DNA of 64,000 nucleotides, taken from Flavobacteriaceae bacterium UBA7302 (GTDB lineage Bacteria; Bacteroidota; Bacteroidia; Flavobacteriales; Flavobacteriaceae). The stretch's first letter is position 1. Each line of letters opens with the position of its first letter. The notes beneath the pieces were generated by a model, which was not told where the DNA came from, ran no database searches, and worked only from the letters and a program-made list of their open reading frames with translations. The stretch covers positions 42,712 through 106,711 of the forward strand of contig DKQS01000011.1 in the NCBI GenBank assembly GCA_002471825.1, written 5' to 3'. Both the position numbers and the translations under genes were made by a program. Below are positions 27,940 through 37,968 of the stretch, piece after piece.

Positions 27940-29187
27940 TTGAAACAAAACAAGGCTTTATCCATATTTACGCTCATCATTGCTGGTGAAGCCATATTTT
28001 TACTACCCTTCATTTTAATTCGAGTTTTTCGACCTATTATTCGAGAGGCCTTCGTTATTTCTGATTTGGAAATCGGTAAAGCACAAGCATTGTACGGAGT
28101 CATGGCGATGATTTCCTATGTTTTCGGAGGATTTTTTGCCGATAAGCTGGAGGCAAGGAAGCTACTTTCCATTTCTCTTATCCTTACGGCATTAGGCGGA
28201 CTATGGATGTTGAGCATTCCTTCTTTTGAGAGCTTACGATTGTTATACGGATTTTGGGGTGTTTCGACCATCCTACTCTTTTGGGCGGCCCTAATTAAAG
28301 CAACAAGACTCTGGGGAAATGCCAGCAATCAGGGATTGTCATTCGGACTCTTAGATGGTGGTCGTGGTGCTTTTGCAGCACTGATCGCCACCTTCGGAGC
28401 CTTCATCCCTGGATTGTTTTTTCCTGATGATGGCACCCAAATAACCTATGACGAAAAGGTAACCACCATTCAGTACATCATCGGTTTTGTGACCATCATT
28501 GTGAGTACCGTGGCTATTTTCGTTTGGTTTATTGTTCCAAAGGCAGAATCAGATTCCCAAGAAACCGCTCCACTATTCGATATTAAGAAAGTAGGAGAAC
28601 TCATCAAACAACCCAAGGTTATTTTTCATATGATCATTATTGTATGCGCTTATTCCGCTTACAAAATCACGGATGTTTATTCGACCTATGCAAAAGACGT
28701 ATGGGACTACTCACTTGAAGAAGCTTCATTTTTTGGAGTTTTGATTCAATGGATTCGGCCGATCGCAGCCATCTCCATCGGTTGGATTGCTGACAAATAC
28801 CTTCCGTCCAAATTGATTCTTTGGAGTTTTATCGTCATGGGTGTTTTCTCATCACTTTTGGGATTTGGCTTATTGGACGGACTCCCTATTGCAATGTCAA
28901 TCATGGCTTTTATCCTGATGGTAATTGGCACCTACTCCCTACGGGGATTGTATTTTGCCATTATTGAAGAGGCAAAAATCCCCATCGCCATAACTGGAAC
29001 CTTAGTAGGCATTATATCATTTATCGGATATACACCAGATATTTTTATGTCACTGCTTTCAGGTTATATGTTGGGAGAAGACCCAACCGTTGTTGATTAC
29101 CAACATCTCTTTCAGATCTTTACCCTATTCCCATTGATTGGATTGATAACCACAATTGGATTCCGAAAGACTATTCGTAGAAACTAA
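27940..29187 (+). CDS. MFS transporter
   Basis: About 12 TM segments; GGFFADKLEARK and GWIADK MFS loop motifs. Confidence 0.88.
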   Translation: MKQNKALSIFTLIIAGEAIFLLPFILIRVFRPIIREAFVISDLEIGKAQALYGVMAMISYVFGGFFADKLEARKLLSISLILTALGGLWMLSIPSFESLRLLYGFWGVSTILLFWAALIKATRLWGNASNQGLSFGLLDGGRGAFAALIATFGAFIPGLFFPDDGTQITYDEKVTTIQYIIGFVTIIVSTVAIFVWFIVPKAESDSQETAPLFDIKKVGELIKQPKVIFHMIIIVCAYSAYKITDVYSTYAKDVWDYSLEEASFFGVLIQWIRPIAAISIGWIADKYLPSKLILWSFIVMGVFSSLLGFGLLDGLPIAMSIMAFILMVIGTYSLRGLYFAIIEEAKIPIAITGTLVGIISFIGYTPDIFMSLLSGYMLGEDPTVVDYQHLFQIFTLFPLIGLITTIGFRKTIRRN

Positions 29188-29189
29188 AA

Positions 29190-29213
29190 AAAGAGAAGTG
29201 TTACCTTCTCTTT
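29190..29213. terminator. Bidirectional terminator between the MFS gene and valS
   Basis: AAAGAGAAG-tgttac-CTTCTCTTT. Confidence 0.75.
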
Positions 29214-29217
29214 CTCT

Positions 29218-31851
29218 TTATTGTAAGCTTGCTAAACTTTGTTTGATGGTTTCAATTTTAGCAAGGGTATCTGCTTCTTTCTTTTTTTCAAGGGCCACTA
29301 CTTGTTCGGGCGCATTGCTCACAAAACGTTCGTTCGATAATTTCTTTTGAATACCTTTTAGGAAGCCTTCTGCTCGTTGCAACTCTTTGTTCAGTTTTTC
29401 AATTTCTTCCTCAACATTGATGTTATCAAGCGAAATAGGAACAAAATATTCGTTCGACTTCACTCGGAAAGTCGCCCCGTCAATCTTTTCTGAAACGTAA
29501 GAAATACTCGATGCATTGGTCAACTTGGAGATTACGGAATCGAATTCTTTAGAAACACCCTCATTGTTCATTACAGAAACCGAAATCGCTTTTTTAAAGG
29601 CGATATTCTTTTCTTTTCTGATGGTTCTTAATCCGGATACCACATCCGTCGCGAATCCAAATGAATTGATAAAAGATTCATCAAAAGATTTCATTTTAGG
29701 ATAGGAAGCGATGATTAAAGCATCTTCTGGTTTTCTTTCTTCGATGTATTGCCAAATCTCCTCCGTTAAAAATGGCATGAAAGGATGCAATATCTTAAGA
29801 TTGTTTTCAAACAATCGAATAATTTCGTTGTAGGTTTTCTCATCAATTGGTTGACCGTAAGCTGGCTTTACAATCTCTAACAACCATGAACAGAATTCAT
29901 CCCAAACTAGTTTGTAAATGGCCATTAAGGCGTCCGACAAACGGTATTTGCTGTAGTGATCTTCAATCTGGGACAATACCTGTTGGAAACGGTTTTCATA
30001 CCATTGCAAACCGATTTTAGATACCTCAGGTTGCTCAATGGATTTGTCAATTTCCCATCCTTTTACCAGACGGAAGGCATTCCAAATTTTGTTGGCAAAC
30101 TGCTTTCCTTGCTGACAAAGACTTTCATCAAACAAAAGATCATTCCCAGCGGCACTAGAAAGTAAGAGTCCCACACGAACTCCGTCGGCACCAAAATCTT
30201 TGATCAATTTCAAAGCATCTGGTGAATTCCCTAAGGATTTCGACATTTTTCTTCGTTGTTTATCACGCACCAAACCGGTTAAATAAACATTCTCAAAAGG
30301 TCTTTGATTCTTGAACTCATAACCGGCAATAATCATACGTGCCACCCAGAAAAAGAGGATATCTGGTCCAGTTACCAAATCGTTGGTAGGATAGTAATAT
30401 TGAATTTCTTCGTTATCTGGATTGCGAATACCGTCAAACACAGAAATAGGCCACAACCAAGAAGAGAACCAAGTATCTAAGGCATCTGGATCCTGATTCA
30501 AGTCTTCAATACCAAGTTTTGAATTTTGAGTTTTTTCTTTAGCAAGCTCTAAGGCTTCTTCTTTCGATGCGGCAACTACAAAATCATTCTTACCATCACC
30601 ATAGTAATAAGCAGGTATTTGCTGTCCCCACCATAATTGACGAGAAATATTCCAATCGCGAATATTCTCCATCCAATGGCGGTACGTATTTTCAAATTTC
30701 TTTGGGAATAGCTTTACATCCCCTGATTCTAAAACGGATTCAAGGGCTGGTTTCACCAAATCCTCCATTTTCAAAAACCATTGATCGGAAAGTCTAGGCT
30801 CAATTACCGCCTTGGTCCGTTCTGAAGTGCCAACTTTATTGGTATGCTGTTCGATTTTTACCAAAAATCCTTTGGCCTCCAATTCTTTAGAAATCTCTTT
30901 TCGAACTACAAATCGGTCTTTCCCTTCGTAATGCAATCCATAAGAATTCAGCGTTGCATCCGGATTGAAAATATCGATCACTTCTAGATTGTGCTTTTCA
31001 CCCAATACTTTATCATTCTCATCATGAGCTGGAGTTACTTTCAAGCATCCCGTACCGAATTCGACATCTACATATTCATCTTCAATAATTGGAATCACTC
31101 GATTGCACAATGGAACAATGGCCTTTTTCCCTCTTAAATGGGTAAAGCGTTCGTCATTCGGATTGATACAAATAGCCGTATCACCCAAAATAGTTTCAGG
31201 CCGTGTGGTGGCGATGGTTACTTTTTCATCAGAACCTTCGATTTGATATTGCAGGTAATACAAATTCCCTTGCTTCTCTTCATAAATTACCTCTTCGTCA
31301 GACAAGGTAGTTTGTGCTTCAGGATCCCAATTGACCATACGATAGCCACGGTAAATCAATCCCTTGTTGTACAAATCAACAAAGACATTGATTACGGCCT
31401 CGGACATATCTGCATCCATGGTGAACTTGGTACGTTCCCAATCACAAGAGGCACCTAACTTCTTCAATTGCTCTAAAATGATGCCCCCATACTTGTTCTT
31501 CCAATCCCAAGCGTGCTCTAAGAATTCTTCTCTAGTAAGATCGTTTTTATCAATTCCCTGTTCCTTAAGCTTGGCCACAACCTTTGCTTCAGTCGCGATA
31601 GATGCGTGGTCCATTCCTGGAACCCAACATGCATTTTTCCCCAACAATCGAGCGCGTCGAATCAGTACATCTTGAATGGTATTGTTCAACATATGTCCCA
31701 TGTGCAACACTCCGGTCACGTTTGGTGGCGGAATTACAATGGTGTAAGGTTCTCTATCGTCAACTTCTGAATGAAAATAATCGTGTTTCATCCAGTAATC
31801 ATACCATTTGTCTTCTACTAAACTAGCATCGTACTTTGAAGGAATATTCAT
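29218..31851 (-). CDS. valS: Valine--tRNA ligase
   Basis: PPPNVTGVLHMGH, DWNISRQLWWG, KMSKSLGN and a C-terminal coiled coil. Confidence 0.98.
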   Translation of the reverse strand: MNIPSKYDASLVEDKWYDYWMKHDYFHSEVDDREPYTIVIPPPNVTGVLHMGHMLNNTIQDVLIRRARLLGKNACWVPGMDHASIATEAKVVAKLKEQGIDKNDLTREEFLEHAWDWKNKYGGIILEQLKKLGASCDWERTKFTMDADMSEAVINVFVDLYNKGLIYRGYRMVNWDPEAQTTLSDEEVIYEEKQGNLYYLQYQIEGSDEKVTIATTRPETILGDTAICINPNDERFTHLRGKKAIVPLCNRVIPIIEDEYVDVEFGTGCLKVTPAHDENDKVLGEKHNLEVIDIFNPDATLNSYGLHYEGKDRFVVRKEISKELEAKGFLVKIEQHTNKVGTSERTKAVIEPRLSDQWFLKMEDLVKPALESVLESGDVKLFPKKFENTYRHWMENIRDWNISRQLWWGQQIPAYYYGDGKNDFVVAASKEEALELAKEKTQNSKLGIEDLNQDPDALDTWFSSWLWPISVFDGIRNPDNEEIQYYYPTNDLVTGPDILFFWVARMIIAGYEFKNQRPFENVYLTGLVRDKQRRKMSKSLGNSPDALKLIKDFGADGVRVGLLLSSAAGNDLLFDESLCQQGKQFANKIWNAFRLVKGWEIDKSIEQPEVSKIGLQWYENRFQQVLSQIEDHYSKYRLSDALMAIYKLVWDEFCSWLLEIVKPAYGQPIDEKTYNEIIRLFENNLKILHPFMPFLTEEIWQYIEERKPEDALIIASYPKMKSFDESFINSFGFATDVVSGLRTIRKEKNIAFKKAISVSVMNNEGVSKEFDSVISKLTNASSISYVSEKIDGATFRVKSNEYFVPISLDNINVEEEIEKLNKELQRAEGFLKGIQKKLSNERFVSNAPEQVVALEKKKEADTLAKIETIKQSLASLQ

Positions 31852-31973
31852 GCTTTGGAACAAGTTTTGCTATATAGTTGGCAAAAATACAATTATCTAA
31901 TTTTTAGGAGATAATTGGATACAAATTTTTTAAAAATATTTGGATGTAGTAACTTTACACAAAATAACTGATC

Positions 31974-32381
31974 ATGAGAAAATTATACGTTTTTTTAGCA
32001 CTTGTTTTTATCGGCACAGGAATTACTGCTCAGGATTTTAAATTCGAAAAAGATGTTATCAACTACGGACAGGTAGAGCAGAACTCAAACGGTGAACGAA
32101 CTTTTGTTTTCACCAACGTAGGAAAAGCGCCGTTAATTATTAAAAATGTTCAGTCTACTTGTGGTTGCACAGTGCCTAAAAAACCAGAAAAGCCAATCAT
32201 GCCAGGTGAAAAAGGAGAAATTAAAGTTTCTTATGACACCAAGCGCTTGGGCGGATTCTCAAAATCAATTATAATCTACTCCAATGCCTTAGCAGGAAGA
32301 AAAGTGATAAAAATTCGCGGTTCTGTAATGAAGCCTGAGGCCGTGAAGCTTGAGAAGAAAAAGAGCTTGTTACACAACTAA
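31974..32381 (+). CDS. DUF1573-domain protein
   Basis: F.FTNVGKAPLII..V.STCGCT and PGEKGEIKVSYD motifs. Confidence 0.9.
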   Translation: MRKLYVFLALVFIGTGITAQDFKFEKDVINYGQVEQNSNGERTFVFTNVGKAPLIIKNVQSTCGCTVPKKPEKPIMPGEKGEIKVSYDTKRLGGFSKSIIIYSNALAGRKVIKIRGSVMKPEAVKLEKKKSLLHN

Positions 32382-33727
32382 ACTCTTCTTTCTAAATAAA
32401 ATTCGAATCGCATTCGCTGTCCATCACGTTCAATGAGCAATCGAATTTTTTTATTAGCCCTTTCTTGAAATTTATACAGTATTTGGCCGAGCTTTAACTC
32501 GTAGGAAGGTCGATTATTGATTCGTATGATCACGTCACCTGATTTTAATCCGGCTCGGTCTGCTGGTGATCCTTCCACCACGTTCTTAATCCGGAAGGAA
32601 GATTTGAATTTATAGGAAAAGCTCGAAACAAATCGTACAGAGTTATTATTCGGAATACTCTGGTTGTATGGGTCTTTAATTTCGGCCATATTCTCTTCAC
32701 GTACCAATATTTTTCCGCTGTACACCACATCCAATCCGCTCATGTTATAGTTGAAGTCTCTCGAGAAATTCGCATTCTTTTTCAAGATCATTCGCTTGTT
32801 GGGATAATCCATCCAGACGGTAAATCGTTTTAAAATCTCGCCTCCAATACTCCCGTTTCTTTCCGTAAATCGACGGGCATTTTTGGTTGTGACGGTATCC
32901 AGATAAGACACCGTTGGATACTTTAGTTTGAAGTTTGCCAGTGAAAAGGCTTTGATACGGCTTCGTTTCCCATAAATGGTTCCACTAAGGCCTTCACCTA
33001 AAATATCTCTAAAGTACTTCTCAGGAGTTTTGATTTCTGGTTTGGTGTCTTCAAAGAGCCATATGGCATCGGATCCTCCGGTGTCGATAAGAAGTTTGAC
33101 ATCAGTTGTTGTCTGAAGGCTATCATTCAACTCGACTTCCCCTTTGATAAAGGGTTTGTTTCTAAAAAACTGTAGTGGCAGTGTTTCGCATTTCCTACAG
33201 GGATCTTTGTCGTAAAACTTAGGATTGTAGAAGTCGATGCGACGGTTTTTATAATTGATCTTCACGATAAAATTTCGAAATAGACTATACCCAATGATGC
33301 CGTGAATGGTTTTCCCCATTTTACCCGATAAATCGAAATAATCTTTCAATATCACATATACGTTCTCATTTCTGTTGACCAAATCACCTACTCTAAAATT
33401 GTTGTTTTTGGAAATCAGTGCATCTACAATACGATCACCTCCCAACCCGCGCAATTCAACCGTTTTGACATTATTAAGACCTACGCTATCGTTTTTTGAC
33501 AAATTAAAGAGGATGGTTTTATTGACACCGCTATCGAGAATAAAGGATAGTTTTTTCCCATTCAATTCCACCGGAAGGATAATGAGATTGTTAATCAACT
33601 GGAATTTAACTCGTTGTCTTTTTTGATTCGGATTGTCAAACTTGAACGAATACTGACCGAATAAAAACGAGGTAAAAAACAAGCCAAAAAAGACTGATAA
33701 TAACAGCTTATTCTTAGTGTCAATCAT
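32378..33727 (-). CDS. Aspartyl protease (two retropepsin-like domains) with PDZ domain
   Basis: FILDSG and LLIDTGG catalytic motifs; GSPADRAGLKSGDVI PDZ segment. Confidence 0.88.
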   Translation of the reverse strand: MIDTKNKLLLSVFFGLFFTSFLFGQYSFKFDNPNQKRQRVKFQLINNLIILPVELNGKKLSFILDSGVNKTILFNLSKNDSVGLNNVKTVELRGLGGDRIVDALISKNNNFRVGDLVNRNENVYVILKDYFDLSGKMGKTIHGIIGYSLFRNFIVKINYKNRRIDFYNPKFYDKDPCRKCETLPLQFFRNKPFIKGEVELNDSLQTTTDVKLLIDTGGSDAIWLFEDTKPEIKTPEKYFRDILGEGLSGTIYGKRSRIKAFSLANFKLKYPTVSYLDTVTTKNARRFTERNGSIGGEILKRFTVWMDYPNKRMILKKNANFSRDFNYNMSGLDVVYSGKILVREENMAEIKDPYNQSIPNNNSVRFVSSFSYKFKSSFRIKNVVEGSPADRAGLKSGDVIIRINNRPSYELKLGQILYKFQERANKKIRLLIERDGQRMRFEFYLERRV

Positions 33728-33860
33728 ATAAAATGAAGGTACGAATTCTTCTTTAAGGTAGTAATTTTTTAGTAAATCTTTAACCTTTGAAAAACAGTAA
33801 ATTTTACCAAGTTAAAATCAAATTTATTTCAGAAATTTGTTGCACAAACTTTACTCAAAA

Positions 33861-35051
33861 ATGCCAGATATTTCACTTAAAGGGAAATTAATGCCCGAAT
33901 CTCCAATTCGTAAATTGGTACCTTATTCGGAAGCCGCTTATAAGAAAGGAAAAAAAGTCTATCATTTAAATATTGGTCAGCCCGACATCAAAACTCCGGA
34001 AGCTGCTTTAAAGGCCATATCCGATCATCAGATTGATGTCTTGGCCTATGCGCGTTCTGAAGGTTCTGAGGAATACAGAAAAAAGCTTGCCGCATATTAT
34101 GCAAAACATGATATTGATGTTAGCCACGATCAAATCATTGCAACCACAGGTGGTTCTGAGGCTTTATTATTTGTTTTTGGATCAATCATGGATGCTGACG
34201 ATGAAGTAATTATTCCAGAACCTTTCTATGCCAATTACAATGGTTTTTCTGTAGCATCTGGCGTTAAAGTTGTACCAGTAATTTCTAAAATTGAAGACAA
34301 CTTTGCCTTGCCTCCAATTGAAGAGTTTGAAAAATTAATTACGCCAAAAACAAAGGCGATATTAATTTGTAATCCAGGAAATCCGACAGGATATTTATAT
34401 AGTAAAGAGGAAATTCAAAAGCTTTCAAAGATTGTTCAGAAACACAACTTGTTTTTGATTGCCGATGAAGTGTATCGCGAATTTGCCTATGATGGCATTG
34501 AGCATTATTCCATACTTCAAGAGGAAGCTTTGAAAGATCATGCGATTATCATCGATTCGGTTTCGAAACGCTACAGCATGTGTGGAGCTCGAATTGGATG
34601 TTTGGTTTCCAGAAATCAAGAAGTTATTTCTACGGCATTGAAATTTGCCCAAGCACGATTGAGTCCACCAACACTGGCCTTAATGGCCGCTGAGGCAGCA
34701 CTAGAAACGCCGCAATCTTATTTTGATGATGTAAAAACAGAATACATCAAACGCCGCAATCTATTGATTGAAGGACTAGAGAAAATAGAAGGTGTTAGAG
34801 TGGCCAAACCAAATGGAGCTTTCTACTGTATCGCCGAATTACCAGTTAAAAATTCCGATCATTTTGCTCAATGGTTGTTAGAGTCCTTCGATGTGGATGG
34901 AGAAACCATCATGGTAGCTCCTGCAGCGGGGTTCTATTCGACAAAAGGCGAAGGCTTAAATCAGATTCGAATTGCTTATGTCTTAAATGAGGAAAGCCTT
35001 AAAAAGGCCATCAACATTTTAGAACAAGCACTTAAAGTATACCAAGACTAA
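33861..35051 (+). CDS. Class I/II PLP-dependent aminotransferase
   Basis: LNIGQPD, NPGNPTG, ADEVY and SVSKRYSMCGARIG motifs. Confidence 0.92.
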   Translation: MPDISLKGKLMPESPIRKLVPYSEAAYKKGKKVYHLNIGQPDIKTPEAALKAISDHQIDVLAYARSEGSEEYRKKLAAYYAKHDIDVSHDQIIATTGGSEALLFVFGSIMDADDEVIIPEPFYANYNGFSVASGVKVVPVISKIEDNFALPPIEEFEKLITPKTKAILICNPGNPTGYLYSKEEIQKLSKIVQKHNLFLIADEVYREFAYDGIEHYSILQEEALKDHAIIIDSVSKRYSMCGARIGCLVSRNQEVISTALKFAQARLSPPTLALMAAEAALETPQSYFDDVKTEYIKRRNLLIEGLEKIEGVRVAKPNGAFYCIAELPVKNSDHFAQWLLESFDVDGETIMVAPAAGFYSTKGEGLNQIRIAYVLNEESLKKAINILEQALKVYQD

Positions 35052-36059
35052 TTGAAATTTCAATCAAACTTCTCACTCAAAAACTACAATACCTTTGGTA
35101 TTGATGTGAAGGCAAAACGTTTTATATCGGTTGCTAGTGAAGCGGAATTGATTGAATTGTTGGAAACCGAGAAGGATATTTTCCTGATCTCGGGCGGCAG
35201 CAACATGCTCCTAACCAAAGATGTTGAAAAAACCACCGTTCATATTGATATAAAGGGAGTTACAAGCAACAATATTGATGAAAACTCGGTAGAAGTAGCA
35301 GTCAAAGCCGGTGAAAATTGGCACGACTTTGTGCTCTGGTGTGTTGCTCAAAATTATGGGGGACTCGAAAACCTATCTTTAATTCCAGGTAATGTAGGCA
35401 CCTGCCCTATTCAAAATATTGGAGCCTATGGTGTTGAAGTCAAAGATGTCATTTCCTATGTAAAAGCCGTCCATATTGAAACCTTGAAATTCAGGACTTT
35501 TTCGAATGAGGAATGCGAATTCGGTTATCGAAATTCCATCTTTAAAAACGAATTGAAAGGACAGTTCATTATTACTGAAGTAGGCTTCGTATTGTCCCGG
35601 CAGAATCATCAATTGAACACCTCCTATGGCGCTATCAATCAGCAATTGGTTGAAAACGGAATTAACCAACCCAATATCAAAGATATTTCGGAAGCCGTAA
35701 TTGCAATTAGGAGTTCCAAATTACCAGATCCAAAGGAAATTGGGAACAGCGGAAGCTTTTTTAAAAACCCAGTGATTTCCATGGCGCACTTTCAAAGGCT
35801 CCAATCTGAATATCCCGAAATACCAAATTATCCGATGAATGCCGAACAAATTAAAGTTCCTGCAGGGTGGTTGATTGAGAAAGCCGGATTTAAGGGCCAA
35901 CGATTTGGTGATGCAGGCGTTCACGAAAGACAAGCCTTGGTATTGGTAAACCACGGCAATGCCACTGGAGCTGAAGTGTATGACTTGGCTTGTAAGATTC
36001 AGAATACCATTGAAAAAGACTTCCAAATTAGACTTGAAATGGAAGTAAATATTTTTTAG
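35052..36059 (+). CDS. murB: UDP-N-acetylenolpyruvoylglucosamine reductase
   Basis: YNTFGI, GGSN, GLENLSLIPG, YRNSIFK, GNSGSFFKNP and HERQALVLVN motifs. Confidence 0.96.
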   Translation: MKFQSNFSLKNYNTFGIDVKAKRFISVASEAELIELLETEKDIFLISGGSNMLLTKDVEKTTVHIDIKGVTSNNIDENSVEVAVKAGENWHDFVLWCVAQNYGGLENLSLIPGNVGTCPIQNIGAYGVEVKDVISYVKAVHIETLKFRTFSNEECEFGYRNSIFKNELKGQFIITEVGFVLSRQNHQLNTSYGAINQQLVENGINQPNIKDISEAVIAIRSSKLPDPKEIGNSGSFFKNPVISMAHFQRLQSEYPEIPNYPMNAEQIKVPAGWLIEKAGFKGQRFGDAGVHERQALVLVNHGNATGAEVYDLACKIQNTIEKDFQIRLEMEVNIF

Positions 36060-36089
36060 ATTGATTATCTTTGTGGCAGATTTGAAATT

Positions 36090-36293
36090 ATGAAATTATT
36101 CTTACTTACATTAGGTCTTTTGGGAATTGGAATCGCTGGAATTGCCATCAAAATTTGGGCAAAAAAAGACGGTGAATTTGCAGGAACATGCGCGAGTCAG
36201 AATCCTATGTTAAATCAAAATGGAGAAGCTTGCGGGTTTTGTGGAAAAACACCTGACCAGTTCGATACTTGTGCAGAACCTAGTCATAAATAA
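36090..36293 (+). CDS. Small single-TM protein with four Cys (NqrM/DUF539-like pattern)
   Basis: TM helix followed by GTC...CGFC...C. Confidence 0.6.
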   Translation: MKLFLLTLGLLGIGIAGIAIKIWAKKDGEFAGTCASQNPMLNQNGEACGFCGKTPDQFDTCAEPSHK

Positions 36294-36307
36294 TCTCTAC
36301 CTCACCC

Positions 36308-37408
36308 ATGATTGAATCTGTTTATTTCTACGTATTTGTAGCGCTTACAGTTATTCAATCCGCCTATCTTATTTTTTTTAGTTCACTGCTGTTTAAGAGA
36401 AAATCCAAAGAGGAAGCAAACAACCATATGCGGCCCTTGTCCGTAATTGTGTACGCCAAGAACAATTGGCAAGCATTATCCAAAACTTTAGCGGATCTCT
36501 TTCAGCAGAAGCGTCCCAAATTTGAAGTCATTGTTGTTGATAATGATAGTATTGACGACACCTTGGAAGAACTTGAGAAATTACAATCCCGAGAGCCCCG
36601 ATTAAAGGTGGTTGACGTGAAAAATAATGAAGCCTTTTGGGCCAATAAAAAATATGCCCTGACCCTTGGGATTAAATCGGCGTCCTATGAATACATCGTA
36701 TTCACCCAACCGAACATCCATATCCAGTCTGAAAACTGGCTTCAATCTTTATCCAGTCACTTTTCCGAAGAGAAAACCTTGATTATTGGACTTTCAAATC
36801 CGAAACCTAGTAATTCTCTTGGTTCATTCTTTACTCAGTTCGAGAACTTTGTATTGAGCCTTTTCAGCCTGAACTTTGGAAAACTTGGAAAGTCCTTCTT
36901 TGCTTGGGATTCGAATTTTGCCTTTAAAAAATCGGAGTTCTTTCGAGTAAAGGGTTTTATTTTTCATCTCAGAAATAAATTGAGTGTTAGCTCCCTTTTT
37001 CTAAAAGATGCTCAACGTAAAAACAACATTGCCATCGCATGGGAAGAAGATAGTTTCATGACCGAATTACCTTCCGATAACCCTGCCAACTGGAGCACAA
37101 GAAACGGAGAGAAATTGGGGGTACTTCATAGATCCTCATTCGACGTAAAATTTTGGTTCTATCTATTTTACCTCACTCGATTAAGCTTTTATGGTTTAGG
37201 AATCTATTTGTTGTTTACCAAAGACCTACTGCCAACGAGTATCATCTTTGCAGTCTTCATTGTATTATCCATGGTAGTATCATTTTTTATTTTAAAACCT
37301 TCAAAACAACTACGACTTTTATTCCTTTACCCCTTCCTTGACCTCTTTCATCTGCTATCACAAATTGTCTTTTTTATTGTATATTTCGTTATCAAAAAGA
37401 AAGATTGA
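36308..37408 (+). CDS. GT2-like membrane glycosyltransferase, catalytic motifs degenerate
   Basis: GT2 fold motifs (VIVVDNDS, NKKYALTLGI), but TQPN in place of DxD. Confidence 0.7.
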   Translation: MIESVYFYVFVALTVIQSAYLIFFSSLLFKRKSKEEANNHMRPLSVIVYAKNNWQALSKTLADLFQQKRPKFEVIVVDNDSIDDTLEELEKLQSREPRLKVVDVKNNEAFWANKKYALTLGIKSASYEYIVFTQPNIHIQSENWLQSLSSHFSEEKTLIIGLSNPKPSNSLGSFFTQFENFVLSLFSLNFGKLGKSFFAWDSNFAFKKSEFFRVKGFIFHLRNKLSVSSLFLKDAQRKNNIAIAWEEDSFMTELPSDNPANWSTRNGEKLGVLHRSSFDVKFWFYLFYLTRLSFYGLGIYLLFTKDLLPTSIIFAVFIVLSMVVSFFILKPSKQLRLLFLYPFLDLFHLLSQIVFFIVYFVIKKKD

Positions 37409-37968
37409 GCACATCTAACAGTCAATTAACCGAACAAATTAACAAGGCCAAAAAAGGGAGCCAATCGGCCTTTAATTTTCTTTTAAACTTTTACTGGTCG
37501 GACATTTACAATTTCTTACTAAAAAGGACATCGAATGAAAATGAAGCTGAGGACATCACCATTCAAACCTTTTCCAAAGGGTTTGATAAGATTGATTTAT
37601 TTGATGATCAATACGCTTTTAAAACTTGGTTAACGACCATTGCAAAGAACCTCCATTTAGATATGGTTCGAAAGCGAAAAAATTCGAAATCAATTGATAC
37701 TACTTACGAGAATGACAACCGAATGCATCAGGTCATCGATGAAAATCCTTCTCCAGAAGACAAGCTCATTCAAGAGCAAAATCTTGCGAAATTACTACGA
37801 GATATCAAACAACTAAAACCGAAATATCAAGAAGTTATACAGCTGCGCTTTTTCCAAGAAATGAGTTATAAGGAAATTGCGAGTCAATTGGACGAACCCA
37901 TCAGTAATGTGAAGGTGAAACTACTTCGAGCCAAAAAGCTCTTGGCCGAAATCATAATCGAATCTTAA
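37405..37968 (+). CDS. ECF RNA polymerase sigma factor
   Basis: EAEDITIQTF, FKTWLTTIAKN and MSYKEIA...VKVKLLRAK motifs. Confidence 0.93.
   Translation: MSTSNSQLTEQINKAKKGSQSAFNFLLNFYWSDIYNFLLKRTSNENEAEDITIQTFSKGFDKIDLFDDQYAFKTWLTTIAKNLHLDMVRKRKNSKSIDTTYENDNRMHQVIDENPSPEDKLIQEQNLAKLLRDIKQLKPKYQEVIQLRFFQEMSYKEIASQLDEPISNVKVKLLRAKKLLAEIIIES

Noticed and set aside
31852-31973. T-box or riboswitch upstream of valS (also checked upstream of argS)
   Set aside because: The leaders are short and AT-rich, with no T-box motif or recognisable aptamer.
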